Under the pieces are notes generated by a model. That model did no database searches. It was not told the origin of the DNA and was given only the letters and a program-made list of their open reading frames with translations. A DNA stretch of 64,000 nucleotides. Origin: an uncultured Thiotrichales bacterium. GTDB lineage: Bacteria > Pseudomonadota > Gammaproteobacteria > UWMA-0217. Shown one piece after another: positions 1 to 10,778 of this stretch; the stretch's first letter is position 1; every line of letters begins with the position of its first letter. Where the stretch lies: positions 147,750-211,749 of the forward strand of contig CAYSFW010000089.1 in NCBI GenBank assembly GCA_964430355.1. The letters run 5' to 3'. Both the position numbers and the translations under genes were made by a program.

Positions 1-621
1 GAGGCTTGCGATCAGGGTGACGATCTGCACCACACACGCGGTTTTGCGGCGCTGGCTGGGAGGCAGTGGTCGCTGCAGCCAGGTGAGCCGCTCGCCGGCG
101 GCGACGAACACATAGCGTAGCAGCCCAGCGGCGAGGACCCACACGCCCGCCTTGCCCGACAGCCACGCGAGCACGGCCAGCCCCATGATCAACACCGCAT
201 CGGTTTCCATATCGAAGCGCGCGCCGAACGGGCTGGCCAGGCCACTACGACGCGCGATCCAGCCATCCACGCCATCCAGCGCGACCACGAGGAGCGCCAG
301 GCTGACCGCAAGGCTGGGTGCGGCGGGCGACGACGCGCCGATCAGGGCAAGCATCAGGCAGGTCAGGGCCAGACGCCCGAGCGTCACCGCGTTGGCCGCG
401 CCGAAGCGCGTGTGCGGTGCGTGTGACGGCAGCCAGCGCGCAAACAGGCCCGCGATCGCCACGAAAGCGAACGCGGCCTGGGCGACGAACCACGACCCCA
501 GGTCGAAAACGTTGGCCAGCGCGCTGCCCGCAGCGAGCAGCGCCAAGATCGCGGGCATGGCGTGCCAGGCGGCGGAGCGCCACAGCAGGCCATCGGGGCA
601 TGTCGGTTGTGGGTCGGTCAT
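1..621 (-). CDS. CDP-alcohol phosphatidyltransferase family protein (3' end runs off the window)
   Basis: Not in the ORF track because it has no stop in the window. Manual translation from ATG at 621 gives MTDPQPTCPDG...FGAANAVTLGR...ALDGVDGWIARRSGLASPFGARFDMETD, which contains the family motif DGxDGxxAR..S.FGA..D. Confidence 0.85.
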   Translation of the reverse strand, partial: MTDPQPTCPDGLLWRSAAWHAMPAILALLAAGSALANVFDLGSWFVAQAAFAFVAIAGLFARWLPSHAPHTRFGAANAVTLGRLALTCLMLALIGASSPAAPSLAVSLALLVVALDGVDGWIARRSGLASPFGARFDMETDAVLIMGLAVLAWLSGKAGVWVLAAGLLRYVFVAAGERLTWLQRPLPPSQRRKTACVVQIVTLIASL

Positions 622-868
622 GGCGTACACTCGGGTGATGCCGGGGTGGGGAGGTGCTGATCCGATCCCATTCTCCCCCGGGTACCGGCGGCGTTGGCTG
701 AAGTGTCTATTGAATCAAGGTTTAAGAACCACTGAGGGGTGTCGATGCGGCGTTGCGTGCCGTCAAAAATGGCCGTTCTTGATGGCTTGAGCAGGACTCT
801 CAGGGCTGGGCTTGTGGCGCCGCTGCACGATTTATCGCAGCGCTCGGCGGCTGGGTGGGGTGCGTGAC

Positions 869-1867
869 ATGCCGAGCCAGGTCGTGTCGCAGATGATCGA
901 GGCTGAGGCGTTCTGGATCTGCGAACCGGGTGTCGGAGAGCTGCGTCGCGAGACCCTCACCCCGCCACGCACGGACGAGGTTCTGGTGCGGACGCTGTTC
1001 TCGGGCATCAGCCGGGGTACGGAGAGTCTGGTCTTCCGCGGTGCGGTGCCGCCGAGCGAGTACCTGCGGATGCGTTGTCCGTTTCAGTCCGGAGAGTTCC
1101 CGAGGCCGGTGAAATACGGCTATATCAGTGTCGGACAGGTCGAGCTCGGGCCGCCGGAGCTTATGGATCGCGTCGTGTTCTGTCTGCACCCGCACCAGAC
1201 GCGCTATATCGTTCCGGCCGGTGCGGTTGTGCCACTGCCCGCGGGCGTTCCGCCCAGGCGCGCCGTGCTCGCGGCCAACCTCGAAACGGCGTTGAACGGC
1301 CTGTGGGATGCGCAGCTGCTGCCCGGTGATCGCATCGCCGTGGTCGGCGCGGGCGCGGTTGGCTGTCTGGTTGCCTGGCTCGCAGGTCAGCTACCGGGTT
1401 GCGAGGTCGAATTGATCGATGTCGATCCCGCGAGGTCCACCGTGGCGGCACACCTTGGGGTCACCTTTGTCTCGCCCACGGAGGCCAGTGGCGATGCCGA
1501 TGTCGTGTTTCACGCGAGCGGCAACCCCGCTGGCCTGAGCACCGCGCTCGGGCTGGCGGGCTTCGAGGCCAAGGTCGTCGAACTGAGCTGGTACGGCGAC
1601 CGCCCGGTCGCGCTGCCGCTCGGTGAGGCCTTCCATGCCCGCCGCCTGCGACTGTGCTCGTCACAGGTCGGGGCGGTGGCCACCCCGCAGCGGGCCCGTT
1701 GGACGCACCGCCGGCGGATGGCGCTTGCGCTGCGCTTGCTTGGCGATGCGCGGCTCGATGCGCTCATCACGGGCGAGAGTGATTTCCACGACCTCCCCAG
1801 GGTCATGGCGCGCCTCGCGCAGGCGCCCGACGGCGCAATTTGTCACCGCATCCGCTACGGCGATTGA
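869..1867 (+). CDS. Zinc-binding (MDR-family) alcohol dehydrogenase-like protein
   Basis: GroES-like N-terminus (SGISRGTE), GYISVG motif, Rossmann VVGAGAVG. Start taken at ATG 869 (or 893) rather than track start 812. Confidence 0.8.
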   Translation: MPSQVVSQMIEAEAFWICEPGVGELRRETLTPPRTDEVLVRTLFSGISRGTESLVFRGAVPPSEYLRMRCPFQSGEFPRPVKYGYISVGQVELGPPELMDRVVFCLHPHQTRYIVPAGAVVPLPAGVPPRRAVLAANLETALNGLWDAQLLPGDRIAVVGAGAVGCLVAWLAGQLPGCEVELIDVDPARSTVAAHLGVTFVSPTEASGDADVVFHASGNPAGLSTALGLAGFEAKVVELSWYGDRPVALPLGEAFHARRLRLCSSQVGAVATPQRARWTHRRRMALALRLLGDARLDALITGESDFHDLPRVMARLAQAPDGAICHRIRYGD

Positions 1868-2020
1868 CGATCAAAGGGGAAATTTTTCGGTCCGTTCGGG
1901 ACGAACCCGCTGTTCTTGGTGGGGTTTCGGCAAATTGCATATAATCGCGACGCCCCGGGGCTGCCGCCCGGCAAACGCAACATCAAAGGTATTTCAGTGC
2001 ACACCGAAGACAAAGACGTG

Positions 2021-2869
2021 ATGGCCAAGCTGCTGCTCGTGCTCGGCCTGTTGGTGATCGTGACCGTAGTCGTATTCCTCGGTTCGCGGCTCCTGTCGGT
2101 CATCAGCGCCAACGCGACGAAGGGCGAGGACGGCGATGACTATCAGAAGCAGCGGGCTGCGCTTGTCGAGGAGCGCATCCAGAAGGTAGGCACCGTGCGC
2201 GCGGGCGTCGTGCCGAAGGGGCCGGTGGTGCGTTCCGGCAAGGAAATCGTCGAGGCGGTCTGCTCGTCGTGCCACAAGGCCGGCGTGCTGGGTGCGCCGA
2301 AGATCGGCGAGGCGGGCGACTGGGCGCCCCGGGTGGGGCAGGGCTTCGATGGGCTGGTCAAGTCCGCGATCGGCGGCAAGGGTTCCATGCCCGCGAAGGG
2401 CGGTGACTCGACCCTGCAGGACGACGACATCAAGAAGGCCGTCGCGTTCATGTTGAAAGAGTCTGGCCAGAAGGCGCCGGATGTCGAGTCCGCGCCGGCT
2501 GGTGGTTCTGCCGAGGCACCCGCGGCCGGCGGTGCCGCCGCGAGCAGTGCGCAGCCCGCTGGCAGTGCCCAAGGCGCCATGGCTTCAACCGGCGCTGCGG
2601 CGCCCGCAGCCGTGGGCGCCTCCGCCTCCGCGAAGGGTGAGCAGGTGTACAAGGCGGCTTGCTCATCCTGCCACGACCTCGGTGTCGCCGGCTCGCCCAA
2701 GCTCGGCGACAAGGCCGCGTGGCAAGCCCGGATCGGCGCTGGCGCGGAGTCGCTGTACCGCAATGCGATCAACGGCAAGGGCGGCATGCCCCCCAAGGGT
2801 GGCCGGCTCGACCTGGCGGATGCCGACGTGAAGGCTGCCGTGGACTTCATGGTGGCGCAAAGCCAGTAA
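2021..2869 (+). CDS. Membrane-anchored di-heme cytochrome c5 family protein
   Basis: N-terminal hydrophobic helix, two CSSCH heme-binding motifs, two c5-like GAPK/GSPK...W...MPxKGG segments, Ala/Gly/Pro-rich linker. Confidence 0.88.
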   Translation: MAKLLLVLGLLVIVTVVVFLGSRLLSVISANATKGEDGDDYQKQRAALVEERIQKVGTVRAGVVPKGPVVRSGKEIVEAVCSSCHKAGVLGAPKIGEAGDWAPRVGQGFDGLVKSAIGGKGSMPAKGGDSTLQDDDIKKAVAFMLKESGQKAPDVESAPAGGSAEAPAAGGAAASSAQPAGSAQGAMASTGAAAPAAVGASASAKGEQVYKAACSSCHDLGVAGSPKLGDKAAWQARIGAGAESLYRNAINGKGGMPPKGGRLDLADADVKAAVDFMVAQSQ

Positions 2870-2895
2870 GCGACGACCCTTCGTCCGTTCCACCC

Positions 2896-2920
2896 AAAGG
2901 CGCGCTCGTCGCGCCTTTTT
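2896..2920 (+). terminator. Intrinsic terminator after the cytochrome c gene
   Basis: AAAGGCGCG-ctcgt-CGCGCCTTT followed by a T run. Confidence 0.7.
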
Positions 2921-3101
2921 CGTGAAAGCCCGTTCCGCGTCCCGCGGCTCGCTGCAACACTGTTCCCGCCGAGGGTCGCCACGAGCGCCTGAGGGACCGC
3001 ACACGGCGCCATGTCACGCACCGCCGCGCCGCCAACCGCTGAGGCATGGCCTCCGGCATGCGGTAAGATCGGCGCCTTTCGAACCGAACCCCTGAGATTG
3101 C

Positions 3102-5396
3102 ATGGACATCCATCAACGCATCGCCGCTGAACTCAACGCCCAGCCTGCCCAGGTGGCCGCCGCCGTGCGGCTGCTCGACGAGGGGGCCACGGTGCCCTTC
3201 ATCGCCCGCTACCGCAAGGAGGTGACCGGGGGGCTCGATGACACGCAGCTGCGCCACCTCGAGGAGCGCCTGGGGTATCTGCGCGAGCTTGACGTGCGGC
3301 GTGCGGCGATCCTGAAGTCGATCGACGAGCAGGGCAAGTTGACGCCCGCGCTTCAGCAACAGATCGAGTCGGTGCTGACCAAGACCGAGCTCGAGGACTT
3401 GTATCTGCCTTACAAGCCCAAGCGGTGCACCAAGGCGCTGATCGCGCGTGAGGCGGGCCTCGAGCCGCTCGCGCTCGATTTGCTCGCGAACCCGACGCTC
3501 CAGCCGGAGGTCGAGGCAGCCCGCTACGTCGATGCGGACAAGGGGGTTGCGGATGGGCACGCGGCGCTGGATGGCGCGCGGCAGATCCTGATGGAGCGTT
3601 TCGCCGAAGACGCCGCGCTGCTGGCCAGCCTCCGCGACTACCTATGGGAAAATGGGGTGCTGAAGTCCTCGCTCGTCGAGGGCAAGGCGCAGGAAGGCCA
3701 GAAGTTCGCGGATTACTTCGACTACGCGGACCCGATCGCGAAGATTCCCTCGCACCGGGCGCTCGCGCTGTTTCGTGGACGTAACGAGGACGTGCTGAAC
3801 CTGACGCTCGACGTGGAGCACGGCGACGGCCCGCATCCCTGCGAGGGGCGCATCGCCCAGCACGTCGGGGTGGCGGATCGCGGCCGCCCGGCGGATGCCT
3901 GGCTGCTGGAGACCGTGCGTTGGGCCTGGCGGGTGAAGATCGCCAGCAAGCTCGACGTCGATCTCAAGCTCAAGCTGCGCGAGCAGGCCGAGGCGGAGGC
4001 CATCGAGGTCTTCGGCCGCAATCTCAAGGATCTGCTGCTCGCCGCTCCGGCGGGTCCAAAGGTGTGCATGGGCCTCGATCCGGGGCTGCGCACGGGCGTG
4101 AAGGTCGCCGTGGTCGATGCCACCGGCAAGTTGCTCACTACCGACACGATCTACCCCCATGCGCCGAAAAATCACTGGGATGCCTCGATCGACCGGCTGG
4201 CGAAGCTCTGCGCGCACTTCGGGGTGAATCTCGTCAGCATCGGCAACGGCACCGCCTCGCGGGAGACGGACCGGCTCGTGGCGGACCTCATGCAGCGGCA
4301 TCCGGAACTCAAACTGCAGCGGGTGGTGGTCTCGGAGGCCGGGGCGTCGGTGTATTCGGCCTCCGAACTGGCGGCCAGGGAGTTCCCGGATCTCGACGTC
4401 TCGCTGCGGGGTGCGGTGTCGATCGCGCGCCGCTTGCAGGACCCGCTCGCGGAGCTGGTCAAGATCGACCCCAAGGCAATCGGTGTGGGCCAGTACCAGC
4501 ACGACGTGAGCCAACCGGCGCTGGCGCGCAAGCTCAGCGCGGTGGTCGAGGATTGCGTGAACGCCGTCGGCGTAGACGTGAACACGGCCTCCGTGCCGCT
4601 GCTCGCGCGGGTGTCCGGGCTCTCGCCGAGCCTCGCTGCGAACGTGGTCGCTTTCCGTGACGCAAACGGGGCGTTTCGCGAGCGCAGCCAGCTCAGGCAG
4701 GTGCCAAGGCTCGGTGAGAAGGCCTTCGAGCAGGCGGCCGGGTTCTTGCGCATCATGAACGGGGATAATCCCCTCGACGCCTCGGCCGTGCACCCGGAAG
4801 CCTACCCCGTAGTCGAGCGCATCCTTGCCGAGACCGGCAAGGACGTGCGTGCGCTGATCGGCGACGCCCGTCTGCTCGCGAGCCTCGATCCGGCCAAATT
4901 CACCGACGAGCACTTCGGCCTGCCGACGGTAAAGGATATCCTGCGCGAGCTGGAGAAGCCCGGCCGCGACCCGCGCCCGGAATTCAAGACCGCCACCTTC
5001 CGGGAGGGTGTGGAGACGATTGCCGACCTGCAACCGGGTATGCTGCTCGAAGGGGTGGTCACCAACGTCGCCAATTTCGGTGCCTTCGTCGACATTGGCG
5101 TCCACCAGGACGGTCTCGTGCACATCTCCATGCTCGCCGACCGGTTCGTGAAGGACCCGCGTGAGGTCGTCACCGCTGGACAGATCGTCAAGGTGAAGGT
5201 GCTGGAGGTCGATGTGCCGCGCAAGCGCATCGCGCTGACGATGCGTCTCGGGGATGCGCCGCAGGCAGCAGGCGGCAAACCCGCCGCACGCCCGCCGCGT
5301 GCCGAGGGCAAGGTGGCTCGTCCAGCCGAGAAGCCAGCCCAGTCTGGTGCCCTCGGCAGTGCGTTGGCCCAGGCCTTCGCCAAGGCACGAAAGTAG
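3102..5396 (+). CDS. tex: Tex (YhgF) RNA-binding transcriptional accessory protein
   Basis: [13 protein letters not shown], YqgF-like domain ([11 protein letters not shown]), HhH repeats, C-terminal S1 domain ([17 protein letters not shown]). Confidence 0.95.
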   Translation: MDIHQRIAAELNAQPAQVAAAVRLLDEGATVPFIARYRKEVTGGLDDTQLRHLEERLGYLRELDVRRAAILKSIDEQGKLTPALQQQIESVLTKTELEDLYLPYKPKRCTKALIAREAGLEPLALDLLANPTLQPEVEAARYVDADKGVADGHAALDGARQILMERFAEDAALLASLRDYLWENGVLKSSLVEGKAQEGQKFADYFDYADPIAKIPSHRALALFRGRNEDVLNLTLDVEHGDGPHPCEGRIAQHVGVADRGRPADAWLLETVRWAWRVKIASKLDVDLKLKLREQAEAEAIEVFGRNLKDLLLAAPAGPKVCMGLDPGLRTGVKVAVVDATGKLLTTDTIYPHAPKNHWDASIDRLAKLCAHFGVNLVSIGNGTASRETDRLVADLMQRHPELKLQRVVVSEAGASVYSASELAAREFPDLDVSLRGAVSIARRLQDPLAELVKIDPKAIGVGQYQHDVSQPALARKLSAVVEDCVNAVGVDVNTASVPLLARVSGLSPSLAANVVAFRDANGAFRERSQLRQVPRLGEKAFEQAAGFLRIMNGDNPLDASAVHPEAYPVVERILAETGKDVRALIGDARLLASLDPAKFTDEHFGLPTVKDILRELEKPGRDPRPEFKTATFREGVETIADLQPGMLLEGVVTNVANFGAFVDIGVHQDGLVHISMLADRFVKDPREVVTAGQIVKVKVLEVDVPRKRIALTMRLGDAPQAAGGKPAARPPRAEGKVARPAEKPAQSGALGSALAQAFAKARK

Positions 5397-5792
5397 GTGA
5401 CCGGGCGGATCGAGATCCTCCCCGTAGCGGGCCGTGTGGATGCGCGAGGTGTTGCGCTCGACTTACCGGCCCGTGCGGTGGCGTTCCTCGGGCGCATCGC
5501 CGCGCTGCATCTCGTGACCATCGAGCCCGGGGCCGTGCGCGGCAACCACCGCCACCGCGGGCGCCGCGAGGCGCTGCTCGTTCACGCCGAAGGGCCGTGG
5601 CGTCTGGCATGGCAACACGACGGAGAGCCGGCGCCGACTCGGCGCGATTTCCCCGGTCACTTGGCCTGCCTCGTGCTGATTCCGGAAGGCGTCTGGCACG
5701 CCATCGAAAACTGCGGCCCCACCGCGCTCGCTGCCGTGTCGTGCGCTAGCGCCGGGCCGACAGACGGTGACACCGACTGGCGGGCTCTGTGA
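5397..5792 (+). CDS. Cupin-domain protein (WxcM/sugar-isomerase-like)
   Basis: DARG...PGAVRGNHRH...E...IPEGVWHAIEN cupin motifs; GTG start directly after the tex stop. Confidence 0.7.
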   Translation: MTGRIEILPVAGRVDARGVALDLPARAVAFLGRIAALHLVTIEPGAVRGNHRHRGRREALLVHAEGPWRLAWQHDGEPAPTRRDFPGHLACLVLIPEGVWHAIENCGPTALAAVSCASAGPTDGDTDWRAL

Positions 5793-5874
5793 CGCCGTGC
5801 GCGTCCGCGCCAATTGTGCGCTGCTATCCTCGCGCTGCTTTTTTATCGACGTTCAGCAGCTACAGGAGACAGGT

Positions 5875-6498
5875 ATGTCGCACAGGACTTGGTTATGGAG
5901 TGTTCTTGTCTTGGCCGGCACGGTGCAGGCCGCTGGCGAGGTCGGCGTGGGGTTGCTTGGTGGCACGGGCGGTTTCGGTGCCCAGGCGGCTTACCGCGTC
6001 AGTGACGAGCTCGGGCTTCGGGTGCAAGCGGCGCGGTGGAGCACGAGTCGCGATGAGGAGATCGACGGCACGGACTACAAGGCGGACCTGACGCTGGGTG
6101 CAGCGGGTCTGCTGTTGGACTGGCACCCGACGGGCGGCACTTTCCGCGTCACGGGTGGCGTGACCAAGAGCCTGTTCGACGCGAGCTTCAGCAACCATAC
6201 CGGGAGCATCGAAGTGGGCGACCGTCGGTATTTTCTGAACGAGGGTAGCCTCACCGGCGCGGTCTCGTTCGGCACCGCGCCCTATCTCGGCATCGGCTGG
6301 GGCACGCCCGCGCGCAAGGGCCTGAGCTTCGTCGCGGACATCGGCGTGCAATTCCTCGGCTCGGCGGACGTGAGCCTCCGCGACAGCTCCAATACCGTCT
6401 CGCAGAGCGACATCGACAAGGAAATCGCGAACGCCGCCGGCGATTTCGACAACCTGATCTACCCGCTGGTCAGCCTCGGCATGGCCTACGGCTGGTAA
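5875..6498 (+). CDS. Outer-membrane beta-barrel protein
   Basis: Signal peptide MSHRTWLWSVLVLAGTVQA, alternating beta-strand pattern, PYLGIGW motif, C-terminal aromatic (AYGW); AGGAG RBS before ATG 5875. Confidence 0.75.
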   Translation: MSHRTWLWSVLVLAGTVQAAGEVGVGLLGGTGGFGAQAAYRVSDELGLRVQAARWSTSRDEEIDGTDYKADLTLGAAGLLLDWHPTGGTFRVTGGVTKSLFDASFSNHTGSIEVGDRRYFLNEGSLTGAVSFGTAPYLGIGWGTPARKGLSFVADIGVQFLGSADVSLRDSSNTVSQSDIDKEIANAAGDFDNLIYPLVSLGMAYGW

Positions 6499-6538
6499 CC
6501 CTGCCTGCCATCGAGGGCAAACGCCGACCCAGCGACCA

Positions 6539-6570
6539 GGCGGGTGGCGCGAGAGCCTGCGCCACCCGCC
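6539..6570. terminator. Perfect 12-bp hairpin between convergent genes
   Basis: GGCGGGTGGCGC-N8-GCGCCACCCGCC between the beta-barrel gene and sucB stops; no clear U tail. Confidence 0.55.
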
Positions 6571-6665
6571 GTTGGATGTACCTTGCCTCCACCCGATTTA
6601 GGGGAGCGGTGGCTTTACACGCTTCGACTGGCCGACCGCGGCTCGATCCGGGGCCGGCGCGTCGC

Positions 6666-7895
6666 TCAGATGCACAGCAGCAGCCGTGCCGGGTCCTCGA
6701 CCATTTCCTTGATGGCCACCAGAAACTTCACGGCGTGCTCGCCGTCGATGAGGCGGTGGTCGTAGGACAACGCGACATACATCATCGGCCGGATGACGAT
6801 CTGGTCGTTCACGACGACAGGGCGCTTCTCGATCTTGTGCATACCTAGGATGGCGCTTTGCGGCGGGTTGAGGATCGGTGTCGACATCAGCGAACCGAAC
6901 ACGCCGCCGTTGGAGATGCTGAACGTGCCGCCGGTGAGGTCGTCCATCGACAGCTTGCCCTCGCGCGCGCGGGTGGAGAAATCCACGATGGCCTGCTCAA
7001 TCGCCGCGAGGCCGAGCTGATCGGCATCGCGGATGATCGGCACGACTAGGCCCCGGTCGGTGCTCACCGCAACCCCGATGTCGAAATAGCCGTGGTAGAT
7101 GATGTCCGGTCCGTCGATGGTCGCGTTGACTTCTGGATAGCGCCGCAGGGCCTCGCAGGCCGCGCGCACGAAAAAGGACATGAACCCGAGCCGCACGCCG
7201 TGGCGTTTCTCGAAGGCGTCCTTGTGACGGGTGCGTAGCTCCATCACCCCGCTCATGTCGATTTCGTTGAACGTGGTCAGGATGGCGGCGTTGTGCTGGG
7301 CTGCGAGTAACCGCTCGGCGATGCGCGCGCGCAGCCGGCTCATGGGCACGCGCCGTTCCTCGCGAGGCTCGCTCCGGTAGCCAGGGGCCGACGCGGGCGT
7401 AGGCATCGGCTTTGCAGGCGCGGGACCGGGCGCCGGGTTGATGGGTGTACGGGCGACGTGCGTCGCCGCGTTGACGTCCTCCAGCGTGATGCGCCCCTTG
7501 GGGCCTGTTGCCTGCACGGCCGAGGGCTCGATGTCGTGCGCGTGCAGCGCGCGACGCACTGAGGGGCTCGCGTGCGTGTCGAGCACTGTTGCCGGCCGAG
7601 GCGCAGGCTGGGGTGTGGGTGCGCTGGCCTGGGGTTGTCCAGCAGCGGCAGGTTGTGCACCGGCTTCGATCTGTGCGAGGAGTTCGTCCGGTTTCACCAC
7701 GGCGCCGTCGGCGCGGAGGATCTCCTGCAGCACGCCGTCGGCGGGTGCGGGCACCTCGAGCACGACCTTGTCGGTTTCCAGGTCAAGCAGGTTCTCACCG
7801 GCACGGACGGCGTCGCCGGGTCGTTTGTGCCAGGCGACGATGGTCGCGTCGGCAACGGATTCGGGCAACTGCGGGGTTTTGACGGGGGTCAGCAT
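6666..7895 (-). CDS. sucB: 2-oxoglutarate dehydrogenase E2 (dihydrolipoyllysine succinyltransferase)
   Basis: Lipoyl domain ETDKV, E3-binding domain (ASPSVRR...GTG-like), catalytic [11 protein letters not shown]. Confidence 0.95.
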   Translation of the reverse strand: MLTPVKTPQLPESVADATIVAWHKRPGDAVRAGENLLDLETDKVVLEVPAPADGVLQEILRADGAVVKPDELLAQIEAGAQPAAAGQPQASAPTPQPAPRPATVLDTHASPSVRRALHAHDIEPSAVQATGPKGRITLEDVNAATHVARTPINPAPGPAPAKPMPTPASAPGYRSEPREERRVPMSRLRARIAERLLAAQHNAAILTTFNEIDMSGVMELRTRHKDAFEKRHGVRLGFMSFFVRAACEALRRYPEVNATIDGPDIIYHGYFDIGVAVSTDRGLVVPIIRDADQLGLAAIEQAIVDFSTRAREGKLSMDDLTGGTFSISNGGVFGSLMSTPILNPPQSAILGMHKIEKRPVVVNDQIVIRPMMYVALSYDHRLIDGEHAVKFLVAIKEMVEDPARLLLCI

Positions 7896-7922
7896 GTGGG
7901 TTCCTTACGCAGCGGGTTCGCC

Positions 7923-10778
7923 TCAGGTTGACAGCGCCTGATGGATCAGCGCTTGTTGTTGTTCCTTGTGGACCTTGAGCTTGCCAACGGCGGGCGCGGC
8001 GGCCTCCGGCCGTGCGACAGGGCGCAGATCCACGTCGTGCCCAAGGGTGCGACGGAGGTCGTCGCGCACGTTTTCCCAGGCGCCCTGATTGATTGGCTCC
8101 TCCTGGCACCAGATGAAGTCCGTGACGTGCGGGTACGGCTCCAGCTTGCGGATGAGTGGGTACTCCGGGAAGGGGTAGAGCTGTTCGATCCGCAGGATCG
8201 CGATGTCGTCAATCCCCCGGGCGCGGCGCGCCTCGAGCAGATCGTAGTACACCTTGCCGCAGCAAAGGATGATGCGCCGAACCTTCGCAGGGTCAAGGTC
8301 GTCGATCTCGCTGAGCACGGTTTTAAAATTGCCTTCCGTGAAATCACTGACCTGGCTGACGGCCAACGGATGTCGCAACAGGCTCTTCGGCGTGATCACG
8401 ATTAGCGGCTTGCGATAACGGCGCAGCATCTGCCGGCGCAGCAGGTGGAACATCTGCGCCGGCGTGGTCGGCACGCAGACCTGCATGTTCTCCTGTGCAC
8501 ACAGTTGCAGGTAGCGCTCGATGCGGGCCGAGGAGTGCTCCGGCCCCTGCCCTTCGTAGCCGTGGGGCAGGAACATGGTCAGACCCGACATGCGGCCCCA
8601 CTTCTGCTCACCCGAGGAGATGAACTGGTCGATGACCACCTGCGCGCCGTTGGCGAAGTCGCCGAACTGCGCCTCCCAGATCGTCAGCACCTCGGGCTCG
8701 GTCGTGGCATAGCCGTACTCAAAGGCGAGCACGGCCTCCTCGGAGAGCAGGGAGTCGATGACGGTGAACCGATTCTGGTCGAAGGCGATGTTCTGCAGCG
8801 GGATGTAGGTGGTGCCGTCGCGCTGGTCGTGCAGCACGGCGTGGCGGTGGAAGAAGGTGCCGCGGCCTGAATCCTGGCCGACCAGCCGCACGGGGTGCCC
8901 TTCGGTGACCAGTGCCGCGTAGGCGAGGCATTCACCCATACCCCAGTCGATCGGCTGGGTGCCAGCCGCCATGGCGCGGCGCGCCTCGATGATGCGGGCG
9001 ACCCGGGGGTGGAGTTCGAAACCGTCTGGCACGCGGGTCAGTGCCTCACCGAGCCGCCGGAAGCGCTCCGGCGTGATGCGCGTGTCGGCGGGCGCGTCCC
9101 AGCGGTAGCCGATGAAGCGCTTCCAGTCCACGCCATAGATGTACTCGACGGCACTCACCGGCAGCAGGTGCGGCACGACGGGATCGCCCTTCTCCAGGCT
9201 GCTGCGGCGCTGCTCGATCAGGGCCTCGGCATCCAGGCGGGAGATCACACCTTCGTCCATCAGGCGCTGCGCGTAGCGGGCCCGCGTGGTCGGCAGCGCC
9301 CGGATCTTGCGGTACATCACCGGCTGCGTGGCCACAGGCTCGTCGGCCTCGTTGTGGCCGTGCCGGCGGTAACAGACCATGTCGATGACCACGTCCTTGC
9401 GGAAGCGCATCCGGTAGTCGAGCGCGATCTGCGTGACGAACATCACCGCTTCGGGGTCGTCGCCGTTCACGTGGAAGATCGGCGCGTTGACCATCTTCCC
9501 CACGTCCGTGCAGTAGTAGGTCGAGCGTGCGTCCTGCTGTGCGCTGGTGGTGAAGCCGATCTGGTTGTTGATGATGATGTGGAGGGTTCCGCGCGTGGTG
9601 AAACCGCGTGTTGCGGACATGTTGAGCGTCTCCATCACCACGCCCTGGCCCGCGAAGGCCGCATCGCCGTGGATCAGCACCTGCAGAACCTGGCTGCCGT
9701 CGCGGTCGTTGCGCCGGTCCTGACGGGCGCGCACCGAGCCTTCGACCACCGGGTCGACGATCTCCAGGTGCGAGGGGTTGAACGCCATTGCCACGTGGAT
9801 CGGCCCCCCGGGGGTGTTCATGTCCGAGGAAAAGCCCATGTGGTACTTCACATCGCCGGTGCGGTCGCCGATCTCGATCGAGCCTTCGAATTCCTTGAAC
9901 AACAGCGCCGGGGACTTGCCGAGGATGTTCACCAGCACGTTGAGCCGCCCGCGATGCGCCATGCCGAACACGATCTCGCGCACGCCGAGCGCGCCGGCGT
10001 TCTGCAGCAGGTCGTCGAGCAGTGGGATGAGGCTCTCGGCGCCTTCGAGCGAAAAGCGCTTCTGGCCGACGTACTTGGTGTGCAGAAACTGCTCCAGCAC
10101 CTCGGCAGCGGTGAGCCGCTCGAGGATGTAGCGGCGCTGGTCGGCGGTGAATTCCGGGCTGCTGCGCACGCTCTCCAAGCGCTGCTGGATCCAGCGCTTC
10201 TCGACCACGCTCGGGATGTGCATGTACTCCGCACCGACCGACCCGCAGTAGGTTTGCCGCAGCTGCTCGTAGATGGCCCCGAGGGTCATCTCGGCGGGGC
10301 CGACCAGCGAGCCGGTATGGAATCGCGTGTTGAGGTCCGCTTGTCCGAGCTTGTGGTAGGCGAGCGTCAGCTCCGCGACCTCCACGCGCCGATCTTCCTC
10401 GAGCGGGTTGACCCGCGCGGCCAGGTGCCCGAGGAAACGGAAGGCGTTGATGAGCTGGAGCACGCGCACCTGCTTGTGCTCGTGGTCCGCGGCCACACGC
10501 TGCAGGGTCGTCTCGGGCATCTCCGGCAGCGGCTTCGGACGGTAGTCGCGAAAATGGGCGCGCGTGGCGACGTGCAGGGGTTTATCCACCGTTGCGCCCT
10601 GCTCTGCGGCGAGCGCCGCAAAGTACGACTGCCACTCGGCGGGGACGCTGAGCGGATCGCGCAGATAGCTCTCGTACAGCGCCTCCAGGTAGAAGGCGTT
10701 ATCACCGTCGAGCAGCGACTCCGCGCGCTGGGCAGCCCAGCCGCGCGGCAGGTCGATCGTGGGGTTTTGAGTGCTCAC
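7923..10778 (-). CDS. sucA: 2-oxoglutarate dehydrogenase E1
   Basis: KRFSLEG, GMAHRGRLNVL, GDVKYH, HGDAAFAGQG (TPP binding), PHGYEGQGPEHSSAR. Confidence 0.97.
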   Translation of the reverse strand: MSTQNPTIDLPRGWAAQRAESLLDGDNAFYLEALYESYLRDPLSVPAEWQSYFAALAAEQGATVDKPLHVATRAHFRDYRPKPLPEMPETTLQRVAADHEHKQVRVLQLINAFRFLGHLAARVNPLEEDRRVEVAELTLAYHKLGQADLNTRFHTGSLVGPAEMTLGAIYEQLRQTYCGSVGAEYMHIPSVVEKRWIQQRLESVRSSPEFTADQRRYILERLTAAEVLEQFLHTKYVGQKRFSLEGAESLIPLLDDLLQNAGALGVREIVFGMAHRGRLNVLVNILGKSPALLFKEFEGSIEIGDRTGDVKYHMGFSSDMNTPGGPIHVAMAFNPSHLEIVDPVVEGSVRARQDRRNDRDGSQVLQVLIHGDAAFAGQGVVMETLNMSATRGFTTRGTLHIIINNQIGFTTSAQQDARSTYYCTDVGKMVNAPIFHVNGDDPEAVMFVTQIALDYRMRFRKDVVIDMVCYRRHGHNEADEPVATQPVMYRKIRALPTTRARYAQRLMDEGVISRLDAEALIEQRRSSLEKGDPVVPHLLPVSAVEYIYGVDWKRFIGYRWDAPADTRITPERFRRLGEALTRVPDGFELHPRVARIIEARRAMAAGTQPIDWGMGECLAYAALVTEGHPVRLVGQDSGRGTFFHRHAVLHDQRDGTTYIPLQNIAFDQNRFTVIDSLLSEEAVLAFEYGYATTEPEVLTIWEAQFGDFANGAQVVIDQFISSGEQKWGRMSGLTMFLPHGYEGQGPEHSSARIERYLQLCAQENMQVCVPTTPAQMFHLLRRQMLRRYRKPLIVITPKSLLRHPLAVSQVSDFTEGNFKTVLSEIDDLDPAKVRRIILCCGKVYYDLLEARRARGIDDIAILRIEQLYPFPEYPLIRKLEPYPHVTDFIWCQEEPINQGAWENVRDDLRRTLGHDVDLRPVARPEAAAPAVGKLKVHKEQQQALIHQALST

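Noticed and set aside
3426-3428. Tex KPKRCTKA instead of the usual KPKRRTKA
   Set aside because: Single C>T-type change in a non-catalytic stretch; most likely a polymorphism or base error, though it adds a small caution about sequence accuracy.
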